Positions 37,089 through 47,529 of a DNA stretch of 64,000 nucleotides are shown one piece after another. The stretch covers positions 28,048 to 92,047 of the forward strand of contig CASFEZ010000018.1 in the NCBI GenBank assembly GCA_949293815.1. The letters run 5' to 3'. The position numbers and the translations under genes were made by a program. The notes beneath the pieces are model-generated. The model ran no database searches. It saw only the letters and a list, made by a program, of their open reading frames with translations, and was not told the DNA's origin. Every line of letters begins with the position of its first letter. The stretch's first letter is position 1. Source of the DNA: an uncultured Eubacteriales bacterium (GTDB lineage: Bacteria; Bacillota; Clostridia; Oscillospirales; Acutalibacteraceae).

Positions 37089-37799
37089 TTATAAGGCTGC
37101 GAACACAGAGGAGATATCCTCGTGCAGCACCAAATCCGCCATATTGTCATAGGGGGTGGGGTCGTAGTTGATAATCACCAGCTTTGCTGCGGGCGAAATT
37201 TCCCGCACCAGCCCCGCCGCCGGATACACCACCAGCGAGCTGCCGACAACCACCAGCAAATCACACTTGCGGACGGCACTTACCGCCGCGGCAAGGCGCC
37301 TCTGATCGAGCATTTCGCCGTAAAACACAATATCCGGGCGCAAAATACCGCCGCAATCGCAGTGGGGCACGCCCGCGCTCTTTTTGACATAGGCTTCCGG
37401 GTACTGCTTTTGGCAGCACAGGCAGGAATAGGTGAGGGTGGTGCCGTGAATTTCAATCACATTGCGGCTGCCCGCCGCCGTATGCAGCCCGTCGATATTC
37501 TGGGTGATAACCGCCTGTACCGTATCGCCGAGGGCGGCGATTTTTTGGTGGGCGATATTGGGCTTGGTGTCCCCCACAATCAAAAATTCTTTATAATACC
37601 GGTAAAATAAATCGGGATGGGCGTAAAAATAATCAATCGACAGCAGCGTTTCATAGGGTACCGGGGACTTGCGCTTTTCCAGCCCCTCCTTGCCGCGGAA
37701 ATCCGCAAGACCGCTGGCGGTGGAAATCCCTGCGCCGGTCAAAAAACAAATCTTTTTGCGGCTCTCCATCAGCTGCCGCAGCTGTTCGATATTGGTCAT
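37089..37799 (-). CDS. cobB: NAD-dependent protein deacylase (Sir2/CobB family)
   Basis: FLTGAGISTASGLADFRG, QNIDGLH, and zinc ribbon CLCCQ...CDCGG. Start set at ATG 37799, which overlaps the upstream stop (ATGA). Confidence 0.88.
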   Translation of the reverse strand: MTNIEQLRQLMESRKKICFLTGAGISTASGLADFRGKEGLEKRKSPVPYETLLSIDYFYAHPDLFYRYYKEFLIVGDTKPNIAHQKIAALGDTVQAVITQNIDGLHTAAGSRNVIEIHGTTLTYSCLCCQKQYPEAYVKKSAGVPHCDCGGILRPDIVFYGEMLDQRRLAAAVSAVRKCDLLVVVGSSLVVYPAAGLVREISPAAKLVIINYDPTPYDNMADLVLHEDISSVFAAL

Positions 37800-38893
37800 G
37801 TGGCTCTCCCCTTTCGTTTCCATTTTTTCAGCTCGACTTTTTGCCCGGCGGTCAGGCGGCGGCTTTCCACCGCTTTTTGAATGGTTTTGTTCTGCACCCA
37901 GTCCGAAAGCACGCCGCTTTGCAGGAGAGGGAACACCGCGTCATACTGTTTGGCAAGCGCCGTTGCCAGATACCAGGCAATCATCATATTCACATAGTAT
38001 TCGTCGCTTTTGATGGCGGCAATGCGTTCGGCATCCGCAAAAGAGAACGCCTCATCCAAAAAATAGCGCATAAAGAGTCCAATGCCGTACCGCACCGTAT
38101 ACGGTCTGTTTGAGGCAAGCCATTCTTCCGCCTTTTTTCGCAGAACTGGCAGGTTTTTTTGGAATACCTTTGGGCTCATCTGGTCACAGGTCGCCCAATT
38201 GTCCACATAGGGCAAAAAGGTCTCCACCTCGGCCATGGTCGCATCAAAATCCCTGCCCTGTTCCAAAAGGAAAGCATGCAGGTTGTTTTCGTCAAAATAG
38301 GCGTGGGGCAGCGCTGCCAAAAACGCCTTTGCCGTATCGGTACCGGCAAGCGCTTTGGCATATTTGCGCAGCGCCGGAGTGCGTACCCCCAAAACCACGC
38401 CGGGCGGCAGCGTGGGCAGCAGCGCCCCCTGGAACTGCCGGTACGCCTCCTCCCGCAGGGAGAACAGCTGCGCCCGCACGTCCTTTACCGCCTGCGGCGC
38501 GCCGTGAACGGCCTGGATCTTCGCTAAAATTCCGTCGTCCGCCGGGCAGAAGGAATAGAACGGAATCTCCTCCGGGGTAATCCACCGCAGCTCGGCATGT
38601 TCCTTCCTTTTCGGCTGCCCCTGTACAATCGAAGCGTAAAACAGCGTCAAATGCACCGTAATATCCGGGTAGGCATGGGTGAGTTCGTAAAACGCCTCCC
38701 CCACTGTAACCGTTACATCCAGCTCCTCGCGGCATTCCCGCACAAGCGCCTGCCGGAGCGTTTCGCCCGCCTCTGCTTTCCCGCCGATAAATTCCCATAA
38801 ATTGCCGTTGGATTTCTGCGCCGGGCGCTTGCCCACCAGAAATCTGCCGTTTTCAAATATGAGTGCTGCCGCCACTTCTACTGCCTTTTCCAT
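37796..38893 (-). CDS. Fusion protein: NUDIX (MutT-like) hydrolase + DNA alkylation repair (AlkC/AlkD-type HEAT-like repeat) domain
   Basis: N-terminal Nudix box GGKAEAGETLRQALVRECREELDV. The C-terminal ~230 aa (LPYVDNWATCDQM...YTVRYGIGLFMRY...YYVNMMIAWYLATAL) matches the DNA alkylation repair enzyme family as I remember it. Confidence 0.75.
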   Translation of the reverse strand: MEKAVEVAAALIFENGRFLVGKRPAQKSNGNLWEFIGGKAEAGETLRQALVRECREELDVTVTVGEAFYELTHAYPDITVHLTLFYASIVQGQPKRKEHAELRWITPEEIPFYSFCPADDGILAKIQAVHGAPQAVKDVRAQLFSLREEAYRQFQGALLPTLPPGVVLGVRTPALRKYAKALAGTDTAKAFLAALPHAYFDENNLHAFLLEQGRDFDATMAEVETFLPYVDNWATCDQMSPKVFQKNLPVLRKKAEEWLASNRPYTVRYGIGLFMRYFLDEAFSFADAERIAAIKSDEYYVNMMIAWYLATALAKQYDAVFPLLQSGVLSDWVQNKTIQKAVESRRLTAGQKVELKKWKRKGRAT

Positions 38894-38971
38894 GCGCTTC
38901 CCTCGCTTTCTCAGAATAGAAAAAGCCGTTCCGGCAAAAGGGGCAACGGAACGGCTCAGATTTTACATCGT

Positions 38972-39697
38972 TTACAGCAGTTTCGCGGCGGCGGCTCTGT
39001 CCGCGAAAATCACCGCGTCCGGGTGCTGCTGCAAAATGGACGCCGGGCAGTGGGGCGTTACCTCGCCGCGCACCATGGCGTATACCGCGTTTTGTTTGCT
39101 CTCACCGGTGGCAATCAGCACAATTTTTTTGGCGGTCATAATGGTGCCAACGCCCATGGTTACCGCAAAGCGGGGCATGGCGCCCTCGTCAAAATAGATG
39201 CTGTTGGACTTGATGGTGCTGTCGGTCAGCTTTACTTTATAAGTACCCTCGGTAAAGGTATCCGCAGGTTCGTTAAAGCCGATATGCCCGTTGGTGCCAA
39301 TGCCCAAAAGCTGAATATCCACCCCGCCGATATCGGCAATCATTTTATCATAGCTTGCGCATTCCGCCGCCATATCCGGCGCATTGCCGTTGGGCAGATG
39401 GACATTTTCCTCTTTGATATTTATATGGTTAAAAAGGTTTTCGTGCATAAAGGTATAATAGCTGTTTTTATCGTCCCGGGGCAAGTCGCAGTACTCATCC
39501 AGATTATAGGTTTTCACCTTGGAAAAATCCAGATACCCGTTGCGGTACTGGGAAATCAGATACTGATACATCTTCACCGGTGATGCGCCGGTGGCGAGCC
39601 CCAAAATCGTCTGCGGATTGGTTTTGATTTGCCGGACAAACAATTCACCGGCAGCCACTGCAATCTGGTCGGCAGTATCTAAAATTCTGACATCCAT
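38972..39697 (-). CDS. nagB: Glucosamine-6-phosphate deaminase
   Basis: LGLATGASPV, NLDEY, GIGTNGHIGFNEP. 241 aa from ATG 39697 (GAGGTG RBS). Confidence 0.92.
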   Translation of the reverse strand: MDVRILDTADQIAVAAGELFVRQIKTNPQTILGLATGASPVKMYQYLISQYRNGYLDFSKVKTYNLDEYCDLPRDDKNSYYTFMHENLFNHINIKEENVHLPNGNAPDMAAECASYDKMIADIGGVDIQLLGIGTNGHIGFNEPADTFTEGTYKVKLTDSTIKSNSIYFDEGAMPRFAVTMGVGTIMTAKKIVLIATGESKQNAVYAMVRGEVTPHCPASILQQHPDAVIFADRAAAAKLL

Positions 39698-39804
39698 CCA
39701 AAAACACCTCATCCTGTTTTTTCATATATTTCCATTTTCTCTGCTTCATTGTACCACGGCAACCGGACAAATGCAACCACGGATTACAAAAAAACCGCAA
39801 GCGC

Positions 39805-39836
39805 GAAAAAAGACCGAACGGCAAACCGCTCGGTCT
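39805..39836 (-). terminator. Intrinsic terminator of the lipoprotein gene
   Basis: Minus strand: GACCGA-(11-nt loop)-TTCGGTC followed by TTTTTT. Confidence 0.6.
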
Positions 39837-39849
39837 ACAGAAAATACCC

Positions 39850-40734
39850 TTATGCAACCGTGACAGACGGGTCAACCCAGTCAAAGGTATAATTGTTGGC
39901 GCAGCGAAGCGTAAAGTATATGGTCAATTCACCATAGTCCGCCAGCTGTCCAACCCCCTGGGCATGCGCCGTTACCCGAATCACCGAAGTATAGTTGGCA
40001 TAGTCAACTTGGTCGGTAATACGGTCGGATGAGAAATTGATAGTGTTATCTTCAAACACACAGTCGTAGTCCTGCAAAACAATATAATCATCCATTTTTG
40101 CCATTTCATCTACGATAACATCTTCATCCGGATAGGGGAAAACCGTAGCCAGCACACTGTTGACCGCCAGCGGGTAATTTTCGGGACGGAAAGAGAGATC
40201 GCCGTAATAATAATTGGTATAAACAATCTCCGTATCGCCCTCTTCCGTGGTTTCCTCGCCCATAATACAGCTGGCTTCCTCAACATAAGACAGTTCATCA
40301 ATGTCATTGGGCGCAAGCTCGCCCCAGTCCTCGCCAAAGGCGACAGAAGCGCTGCTGGATTTCACCGCATTGGCGATAAAGGCGCGCACCTCCTGGGCGG
40401 CGGCATTCAGCACATCCAAATCCGGGTCGGACTGCTGACTCCCGTCTTCGTTGGTGACACCCTCCAGCTCCCGGGAAACAATTTGCAAATCGCTGATTTC
40501 ATAGCGGGTTTCGCGGGAAACGCCGGCGCGCCCTTCCTTTGCGCGGGTCAGCAGGTCGTTATAATAGGCAGCAATGGCATCCGTGGAATCCAAATCTTCT
40601 GTACGGCTGGTGGAAAACGGCAGCGTCGTTTCCTCCTCGCTCTGCAAAGAACTGACAAGCGCATCGCAGCCGGAAAAAAAGACTGTAATGACACCCAATA
40701 AAACCGCAACGGCAGCAGCAATGATTTTTTTCAT
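39850..40734 (-). CDS. Putative lipoprotein (unknown function)
   Basis: MKKIIAAAVAVLLGVITVFFSGC gives a signal peptide with an FSGC lipobox. The mature part is acidic. GGAAGGAG RBS. Confidence 0.7.
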   Translation of the reverse strand: MKKIIAAAVAVLLGVITVFFSGCDALVSSLQSEEETTLPFSTSRTEDLDSTDAIAAYYNDLLTRAKEGRAGVSRETRYEISDLQIVSRELEGVTNEDGSQQSDPDLDVLNAAAQEVRAFIANAVKSSSASVAFGEDWGELAPNDIDELSYVEEASCIMGEETTEEGDTEIVYTNYYYGDLSFRPENYPLAVNSVLATVFPYPDEDVIVDEMAKMDDYIVLQDYDCVFEDNTINFSSDRITDQVDYANYTSVIRVTAHAQGVGQLADYGELTIYFTLRCANNYTFDWVDPSVTVA

Positions 40735-40908
40735 ACTCGTAAAACTCCTTCCGCATGATAACGCCGGACAAAAAAACGCACATTTTTGCCTGCGCTTTTA
40801 GGAAAAAACTGCACAATCTGTTGAACAATCCCAGTATAGCACAACTGCCCACCCGCTGACAAGCTATTTTTTACAGACAACCGAATTTCTGCGCGCCCAA
40901 AGCATTCA

Positions 40909-41460
40909 TTACAGAGAAAACCGCTCACAAATCATCTGTGCTGCCGTTTCGGGCGGCAGATTGGTATTGTCAATGCGCATATAATTTTCAAAGGGGATTT
41001 CCCCCGGCAGGCTCTCCAGCCGGTAGGCGGCGTCATCCGCCAGAAGGCGCTGATTGGAGCATTCGATATCCCGCTTGGACGCCTTATTTTTCAGCCGGTT
41101 TTCCGTTGCGTTCCGCTCCAGACGAACCTGCTGGGAAGCGACCAGCTCCACATAATAAAATTCGGTGCCGTAAGGGGCGAAAATCTGTTTGATGTCCTCG
41201 ATATACGCCCAGTCCGACGGCTGGTCAAACGCCCACATATAAGTATAAATCATGCCGTACGCATCCGATTTGGCAAACTCCTCAAACACCGTCCGGCGCA
41301 TACGGCGGATGGCTTCCCCGTGAAAATAACCGAAAATTTCCAGCACCGGTTCAATGGTCATGTGGTTGTGGAACAGCCGAAGACCGGTACGCTTCATCAG
41401 TTCCTGCCCAACGGTCATTTTGCCGACCGCCGCATTGCCAATCAAAAACAACAGCTTCAT
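40909..41460 (-). CDS. P-loop NTPase/kinase-like protein (AAA-family ATPase annotation class)
   Basis: 183 aa. N-terminal Walker A LIGNAAVGKMT. Size and layout resemble small nucleotide/antibiotic kinases. Confidence 0.6.
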   Translation of the reverse strand: MKLLFLIGNAAVGKMTVGQELMKRTGLRLFHNHMTIEPVLEIFGYFHGEAIRRMRRTVFEEFAKSDAYGMIYTYMWAFDQPSDWAYIEDIKQIFAPYGTEFYYVELVASQQVRLERNATENRLKNKASKRDIECSNQRLLADDAAYRLESLPGEIPFENYMRIDNTNLPPETAAQMICERFSL

Positions 41461-41553
41461 GTTTCCTTCTCCTTTCCGAACGAGGTTTTCAGAAAATATA
41501 AAAAAGGGCGGAATCTGCCCGTGATCGGAGATTCCGCCGTTTCCAGTTAAAGA

Positions 41554-42795
41554 TTAGTCATAGGACTCGCAAAGACCTTTTTCGTCAAACAGGTACGCGG
41601 TATTGATCAATACCTCAACGCCCTTTTCGATGGTCTTTCTGTCCATATTGTCCCAGGTGTCGAGCCGGGTATGGTAATATCTCGGCGGACCGGGATCCAT
41701 CGCCGCGTAGCAGGTCGCCGGAACCCCTGCCTGGGTAACCGCCGCCGCATCGGACGCACCGGCGTAAACGCTGGAAAACTCCATTTTCAAACCGCAGAGC
41801 TCGCCCGCTTTTTTCAACAGGTGACAGGCTCTTTTGTCGTGCTTGGTGATACCGGACATATCCTTTGCGTATACCGCCTGGGTCTCATAATCGCGCAGGG
41901 TGTCCACGGCAATAAATACCGTTTCAATACCGGAGGACTTGATATCCTCGGCATGGGCTTTCATATACGCCTTGGCGCCGCGCAGACCGGATTCCTCACC
42001 GCCGGTGGCAATGCAGACCAGTTCCGTGTTTTCAAAACGCAAATCGTTATCCGCCATATATTTCATCACGGCGGCACTCGCAAACACGCCGGTCAGATTG
42101 TCGTTGGCGCCCTGCGCAACGGTCTTTCCGGAAAGGAAGAAGAACAGGAAAATAAAAGCCGGGACGAAAGCAAGGCTGACCCATTGCAGGATATTGACCA
42201 CCGAATTTTCCTCCGGCAGAATCAGTCCGACGATGCTAATCACCAACAGATATACCAAACCGACAATCGCGTAACCAAAGGTAGCAAACAGCAGCACTTT
42301 ACCGCCGTAATAGGTGGGACGCCACTCATAGGAGGAATCAATATGACCGGCAAAGATAATGCGGCGTTTGGTTTCACCCGCAGCTTTTCGTACCGCAACG
42401 GTATTGCAGGAGGTCTTTTTCGGATAAAAGACATCGGTCAGCTCGCGATAGAATAAAAATTCACCGGCAAGAATAACAATGGCAATGGCAATGGGGATCA
42501 ACGCAAATTGCGGAAGCCCCAGAACCGATAAAATGATGGCAATGACCAAAAGGACTGCGTCAATCTTGAACCAGCCCATAAACGCACCGGGATGGGTCTC
42601 AAACTCCTCCAGCCGTGCTTCATCTGCGCAGGTCTTCCATTCATTCATCATGTATTCCTGTGCTTTGCGCTCCGCTTCGCTGCCGCAGGGACGCGGACCA
42701 ATCTCCTTGCAGATTTTGGTGATGCCGCGGACGGCGAAGTTGGTGTATTCCCGTACCTTGGAGGGGAATTGCGGATGGGAATCAGAAGCTTTCAT
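41554..42795 (-). CDS. Membrane-associated M28-family metallopeptidase
   Basis: FAGHIDSSYEW, GANDNLTGV and GGEESGLRGAKAY motifs, with about four TM helices inserted in the middle. AAGGAGGAAG RBS. Confidence 0.8.
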   Translation of the reverse strand: MKASDSHPQFPSKVREYTNFAVRGITKICKEIGPRPCGSEAERKAQEYMMNEWKTCADEARLEEFETHPGAFMGWFKIDAVLLVIAIILSVLGLPQFALIPIAIAIVILAGEFLFYRELTDVFYPKKTSCNTVAVRKAAGETKRRIIFAGHIDSSYEWRPTYYGGKVLLFATFGYAIVGLVYLLVISIVGLILPEENSVVNILQWVSLAFVPAFIFLFFFLSGKTVAQGANDNLTGVFASAAVMKYMADNDLRFENTELVCIATGGEESGLRGAKAYMKAHAEDIKSSGIETVFIAVDTLRDYETQAVYAKDMSGITKHDKRACHLLKKAGELCGLKMEFSSVYAGASDAAAVTQAGVPATCYAAMDPGPPRYYHTRLDTWDNMDRKTIEKGVEVLINTAYLFDEKGLCESYD

Positions 42796-42941
42796 AGTCT
42801 TCCTCCTTAAAAAAAGAATAAATTTATTCTATCACAGTAGACTAATTTTGTCTATAGAGTGACGGAAAAATTAACATTTTACGCCATCTTTGCCGAAAAT
42901 CTTCTCGTATTTTCTTTATACGAAAAACATTTAGAATCCGT

Positions 42942-42970
42942 TTGACAAGATTCGGTCGGGGTAGTATAAT
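42942..42970 (+). promoter_or_regulatory. Consensus SigA promoter of the M15 peptidase gene
   Basis: TTGACA (42942-42947), 17-nt spacer, TATAAT (42965-42970). The ORF-track start codon (TTG at 42942) is in fact the -35 box. Confidence 0.7.
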
Positions 42971-43001
42971 GACAACAGCAAAAAGACGAAGGAGGCAGCC
43001 T

Positions 43002-43880
43002 GTGAAAAAGCTCAATATGCGCGCTGTTTATTTGGCGCTGGTCTTTATCCTTGTGATTGCCGTGCTCAGTTTTTTGATTGGGTTTCTCTACTCGGAGCGC
43101 ACCTCAGAGCAGGACAGCATCATGCCTGAAATCGAAGAAGAATCCACAACCGAACCGCCGTCAACCACCGCCCCCCTGCTGACCGAAAGCGTTTTGGTTG
43201 ACCCGTCGGTCACGCCTGCTGACACCACCTCTGCCAATATTTTGGAAAATGAAAACATCGTCCCTCTGCCGGAGGCGGTAACGATTAAGATAAACGAAGA
43301 TACCTGGTATTTGACCTTGGTCAACGACTATTATAAAATGCCGGAGGACTACGAGGTTATTTCCGCACCGGCCATTCCGGGCTGCCAGTACGAGCTGGAT
43401 TACCGGGTAGCAGAGGCTTACACCGCCATGTACAACGCGGCGGCAGCCGAAGGACTGTATTTAACGCCCTATTCCGGTCTGCGTTCCTACGAGCGGCAGA
43501 CAATCAATTATAACAACAAGATTCAGCAGTATTTGAATCAGGGATACAATGAAACAGATGCGCGGGCACTGGCGGCCATGGTTATCAAACCCCCCGGGTG
43601 CAGCGAGCACAACCTGGGGCTTGCGATGGATATTATCGACACCGCCGATAATTTTTATACCACAGAAGAATACGCCTGGCTGATGGAAAACGCCGCCGAT
43701 TATGGCTTTATTCTGCGCTACCCGCAGGATAAACAGTATATCACCCGGGTGGAATACGAGCCCTGGCACTGGCGCTATGTGGGTGTCGAGCACGCCCACG
43801 CCATGAAAGCGTCCGGGCTTTGTCTGGAGGAGTACTTACAGACCATTAACATGATGCCGACGCCGCTGGCGGAAGGCTGA
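43002..43880 (+). CDS. D-alanyl-D-alanine carboxypeptidase, M15B/VanY family, membrane-anchored
   Basis: GTG start 6 nt after AGGAGG. TM anchor AVYLALVFILVIAVLSFLIGFL. Catalytic motifs SEHNLGLAMDI and EPWHWRYVG. Confidence 0.85.
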   Translation: MKKLNMRAVYLALVFILVIAVLSFLIGFLYSERTSEQDSIMPEIEEESTTEPPSTTAPLLTESVLVDPSVTPADTTSANILENENIVPLPEAVTIKINEDTWYLTLVNDYYKMPEDYEVISAPAIPGCQYELDYRVAEAYTAMYNAAAAEGLYLTPYSGLRSYERQTINYNNKIQQYLNQGYNETDARALAAMVIKPPGCSEHNLGLAMDIIDTADNFYTTEEYAWLMENAADYGFILRYPQDKQYITRVEYEPWHWRYVGVEHAHAMKASGLCLEEYLQTINMMPTPLAEG

Positions 43881-43889
43881 CAGAACAAC

Positions 43890-43928
43890 AAAAATATCCG
43901 GCGCCCATGGGGTTCCGGATATTTTTTT
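43890..43928. terminator. Bidirectional terminator between convergent genes
   Basis: AAATATCCGG-(13-nt loop)-CCGGATATTT, flanked by A and T runs. Confidence 0.75.
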
Positions 43929-43936
43929 ACAGCCAA

Positions 43937-44821
43937 TCAACCGCCGTAGTAATAGGTATTTGCTGTGCTGTCGATTTCGGTGAAATGCAGGATGGTTCCC
44001 GTTTCGCTCGTCCATGTCATGCGGTCATAGGGACCGTCCTCTTCATACACAACCGTATAAACAACCGGCTGCTCGCCGGCGACCTGCAAGGTCACCTGGC
44101 GCGGACTGTCAACGGTATAGGCGGCGGAATAGAACAGCCGGGTGCCAAACAGTATATCCTGTGTCGTCAAATTCATATTTTGCCCATCAAAGGAAATATA
44201 ATAATCCGAAACAAACAACTGCTCCGCAAAGACCTGATCGCTCAGCTCCTGGCAAAGCCAACGGTGCTCATACATTTCCTCATGCAGCTCGCGGGTTTCC
44301 TCTTGCCAGGCATGCCAAATGCCAAATCCCGCGCCGCCGGCGGCGATTGCCGCAACCAGCACAATAATCAACGCCAATAGCCCTTTGGAAAGCTTCTTTT
44401 TCTTCGGTTTAGCGGCGGGATGGGCGGCAAAAACAAAACCGCAGCTGCCGCAGGCTTCTTCTCCCGGCGCGACCGGACTGCCGCAGGCAGGACAAAACGA
44501 GGGACGGCGGTAAATCTCTTCCGGCGTGCGCGGCACCTCCGGCTGCGGCGCGTCCGCCTTCGGCGCCGTTTCCGGTATATCTGGCGGTGTTTCCGGCGTA
44601 CCCGGCGCGGCAGCTTCTCCGGCGGCAGATGGCGCCGCCTCCACTGCGCCTGCCGCAGTTACTGCCGATGCGCCGCACCCCAGCGCGACACAGCGCCCCG
44701 CTGCCTCGCGGCAGGCGACATGCATGGCGGTGCCGCAGTCCGGGCAAACCACAATTTCATCTGTATCCGTTATGGGTATTTTACAATATGGGCAAATTCT
44801 GCCAATGTAGGATTCATTCAT
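43937..44821 (-). CDS. Zinc-ribbon / RING-like membrane protein with Pro/Ala-rich linker (unknown function)
   Basis: N-terminal CPYCK...CPDCG...HVAC...GC. A second ribbon CPACG...CGSCG. A TM helix LLALIIVLVAAIAAGGAGFGIW, then an extracytoplasmic C-domain. Confidence 0.65.
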   Translation of the reverse strand: MNESYIGRICPYCKIPITDTDEIVVCPDCGTAMHVACREAAGRCVALGCGASAVTAAGAVEAAPSAAGEAAAPGTPETPPDIPETAPKADAPQPEVPRTPEEIYRRPSFCPACGSPVAPGEEACGSCGFVFAAHPAAKPKKKKLSKGLLALIIVLVAAIAAGGAGFGIWHAWQEETRELHEEMYEHRWLCQELSDQVFAEQLFVSDYYISFDGQNMNLTTQDILFGTRLFYSAAYTVDSPRQVTLQVAGEQPVVYTVVYEEDGPYDRMTWTSETGTILHFTEIDSTANTYYYGG

Positions 44822-45005
44822 CGATTCCGTTCCTCACTTTCCCGCAGCAACCGAGGGACCCCCTGTTTCTATCGCTTTTCACCGGGAAAAGCGCGTCCCT
44901 GCTTGCGTTTCCTTACTGATAGTATACCATTTTTCACGACAATCGTCAATTCCTGCCACGGCTAAAAATACAAAATCAAAACCGGTTTGCCGGCTGCTCC
45001 TAAAA

Positions 45006-45046
45006 GCAAAAACGACCCCTGCCCTGCGGCAAAGGTCGTTTTTTTG
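45006..45046 (-). terminator. Intrinsic terminator ending the alpha operon (after rplQ)
   Basis: Minus strand: AAAAACGACC..TTGCC-gcag-GGCA..GGTCGTTTTT followed by GCTTTT. Confidence 0.7.
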
Positions 45047-45059
45047 ATTGCGGTTGCAA

Positions 45060-45401
45060 TTACACCAATTCGATGATGCACATTTCCGCGGCATCGCCGC
45101 GGCGGGGACCGGTTTTGATGATACGGCAGTAACCGCCGCTGACCTCCTTATATTTGGGGGCAATTTCATCAAACAATTTTTTCACAACAGCTTCTTTGGT
45201 AATATAAGCCATTGCGGCGCGTTTATTAGCAAGAGAATCTTCCTTGGCAAGGGTAATCATTTTTTCCGCCATGGAACGAACCTCTTTGGCTCTTGTAATG
45301 GTGGTTTCGATTCTGCCGTTTTCCAGCAGATAGGTAACCATAGCTCGCAGCATCGCCCGACGGTGGTCGGTAGGTCTGCCGAGTTTTCTTGTGCCTGGCA
45401 T
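45060..45401 (-). CDS. rplQ: 50S ribosomal protein L17
   Basis: [19 protein letters not shown]... Conserved position after rpoA. Start at ATG 45401 (AAAGGAG RBS). Confidence 0.95.
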   Translation of the reverse strand: MPGTRKLGRPTDHRRAMLRAMVTYLLENGRIETTITRAKEVRSMAEKMITLAKEDSLANKRAAMAYITKEAVVKKLFDEIAPKYKEVSGGYCRIIKTGPRRGDAAEMCIIELV

Positions 45402-45431
45402 GTCATTCACTCCTTTACCTTATCTGTAGAA

Positions 45432-46382
45432 TCACTCTTCATCCTGCCGAAGGGAAAGCCCCAGGGACGCGAGCTTGGCAATCACTTCATCCAGCGATTT
45501 TCTGCCCAGGTTGCGTACCTTCATCATTTCGTCCTCGGTTTTATTGATGAGGTCTTCTACCTTGTGAATATTGGCTCTCTTCAGGCAATTGAAGGAGCGC
45601 ACAGAAAGGTCAAGCTCCTCAACGGTCATCTCCAGGATTTGCTCTTTTCCGTTGTCATTCTTTTCGACCATAATCTCCGCGCTGCCTGCCTCCTCGGACA
45701 GGTCAATGAAGAGATTGAGATGTTCGTTGAGAATCTTGGCAGCAAACGAAACGGCGTCCTTCGCAGTGATGGTGCCGTTTGTTTCCACCTCGAGAATCAG
45801 CTTGTCATAGTCCGTGATATTGCCCACACGGGTATTTTCAACGGTATAGGTGACTTTGTTGACGGGGGTATAGATGGAATCGATGGCAATCACGCCAATG
45901 GCGGGATTGAGCATCTTCTTGTTTCTATCCGCCGAAACATAGCCCCGACCGACATCGGCGGTAAGCTCCATCTTGAGGTGCGCGTCAGCGTTAAGCGTAG
46001 CGATAACCTGTTCGGGGTTGATGATCTCAACTTCGGAATCGTGCTGAATATCAGCGGCGGTCACAACTTTTTCGCCGGAGCAGTCGATATACATGGTCTT
46101 GGGACCGGAACCGTAAATCTTCAGAATGACATCTTTCAGATTCAGAACGATTTCCGTCACATCCTCTTTGACGCCCTCGACGGTGGAAAACTCGTGGAGC
46201 ACACCTTCGATATTCACAGAGGTAATTGCGTAACCCTGCAAGGAAGAAAGCAGCACGCGGCGAAGACTGTTGCCCAAGGTGGTGCCGTAGCCTCTTTCCA
46301 GCGGTTCGAGTACAAAGCGGCCTTTGGTTCCGCCCGGGTTGAGATCCTCGGATTCAATTTTGGGCTTCTCAATTCCAATCAT
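45432..46382 (-). CDS. rpoA: DNA-directed RNA polymerase subunit alpha
   Basis: 316 aa. [24 protein letters not shown]-terminal domain [16 protein letters not shown]. Confidence 0.97.
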   Translation of the reverse strand: MIGIEKPKIESEDLNPGGTKGRFVLEPLERGYGTTLGNSLRRVLLSSLQGYAITSVNIEGVLHEFSTVEGVKEDVTEIVLNLKDVILKIYGSGPKTMYIDCSGEKVVTAADIQHDSEVEIINPEQVIATLNADAHLKMELTADVGRGYVSADRNKKMLNPAIGVIAIDSIYTPVNKVTYTVENTRVGNITDYDKLILEVETNGTITAKDAVSFAAKILNEHLNLFIDLSEEAGSAEIMVEKNDNGKEQILEMTVEELDLSVRSFNCLKRANIHKVEDLINKTEDEMMKVRNLGRKSLDEVIAKLASLGLSLRQDEE

Positions 46383-46456
46383 TCAAAACCCTCCTTATAT
46401 GATAACAGGTTGCCCTGCCGTGAAAAACTGAAATCTGTATAGCAATCGTAATGCTA

Positions 46457-47080
46457 TTATTTGGAATAGAACTCGACAATCAGCTGCTCGTCAACCGGAG
46501 CCGTGATTTGATCACGCTCGGGCAGAGCGGCAATGGTTGCCTCGCCGGTTTCTTTGTTCACGCTGACCCAGGACGGAATCATATGAACATCGGCGGAAAG
46601 CAGGGTCTTGAATTTTTCGGAATCCATGCTCTTCTTTTTGATGCTGATAACATCGCCGGCCTTGCAAAGGTAGGAAGGAATATTGACCTTTTTGCCGTTG
46701 ACAAGGAAATGAGCGTGCGAAACCAGCTGGCGTGCTTCGGCGCGGGAAGAAGCGAATCCGCAGGTATATACCACATTATCCAGACGGCTTTCGCAGATAA
46801 TCAGCAGGTTTTCACCGGTCACACCGGTTCTTTTCTGCGCCATCAGGAAATATTTGTTGAACTGGCTTTCGTTAATGCCGTAAAATCTTCTGGCAGTCTG
46901 CTTCGCACGAAGCTGGGTGCCGTAGTTGGACAGCTTTTTGCGACCCTGACCATGCTGACCGGGCGCATAGCTGCGCTTATCCACAGCGCATTTATTGGTA
47001 TAGCATCTGTCCCCCTTCAGGAACAGCTTTTTTCCCTCGCGGCGGCAGAGCTTACATACAGCGTCTGTATATCTTGCCAT
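46457..47080 (-). CDS. rpsD: 30S ribosomal protein S4
   Basis: [16 protein letters not shown]...; 207 aa. Confidence 0.97.
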   Translation of the reverse strand: MARYTDAVCKLCRREGKKLFLKGDRCYTNKCAVDKRSYAPGQHGQGRKKLSNYGTQLRAKQTARRFYGINESQFNKYFLMAQKRTGVTGENLLIICESRLDNVVYTCGFASSRAEARQLVSHAHFLVNGKKVNIPSYLCKAGDVISIKKKSMDSEKFKTLLSADVHMIPSWVSVNKETGEATIAALPERDQITAPVDEQLIVEFYSK

Positions 47081-47107
47081 TGTGTGAAAACACCTCCTAA
47101 AATACTG

Positions 47108-47518
47108 TTAAACGCGTCTTCTTTTGGGCGGACGGCAGCCGTTATGGGGAATCGGGGTAACATCCTTAATCATGCTGACATCCAATCCGGCGGTTTGCAG
47201 AGCGCGAATGGCGGCTTCACGACCGGCGCCGGGTCCCTTAATATAAACTTCAACGGTTTTCATGCCATGCTCGATGGCGGCTTTGGCTGCGGTTTCGGCA
47301 GCGGTCTGCGCTGCGAAGGGCGTAGATTTTCTGGAACCTCTGAAACCCATTTCACCGGCGCTTGCCCAGGAAACAGCGTTACCCTGGGTATCGGTAATGG
47401 TTACGATGGTATTGTTGAAGGTGGATTGAATATGGGCAGCGCCGCGCTCAACGTTCTTTTTCTGAACGCGTTTGCGTCCGCCGGCATTTTTCTTAACACC
47501 TGCACCTTTAATAGCCAT
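47108..47518 (-). CDS. rpsK: 30S ribosomal protein S11
   Basis: [18 protein letters not shown]...[11 protein letters not shown]; 136 aa. Confidence 0.96.
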   Translation of the reverse strand: MAIKGAGVKKNAGGRKRVQKKNVERGAAHIQSTFNNTIVTITDTQGNAVSWASAGEMGFRGSRKSTPFAAQTAAETAAKAAIEHGMKTVEVYIKGPGAGREAAIRALQTAGLDVSMIKDVTPIPHNGCRPPKRRRV

Positions 47519-47529
47519 AAAAATCCTCC

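Noticed and set aside
37089-38893. Sir2 + NUDIX pair as an anti-phage defence module (Thoeris/DSR-like)
   Set aside because: The sirtuin is a full canonical CobB with the zinc ribbon and NAD-binding motifs and no extra effector or sensor domain. The Nudix is MutT-like and fused to a DNA-repair domain. The neighbours are housekeeping genes (nagB). A metabolic or repair role is more parsimonious.
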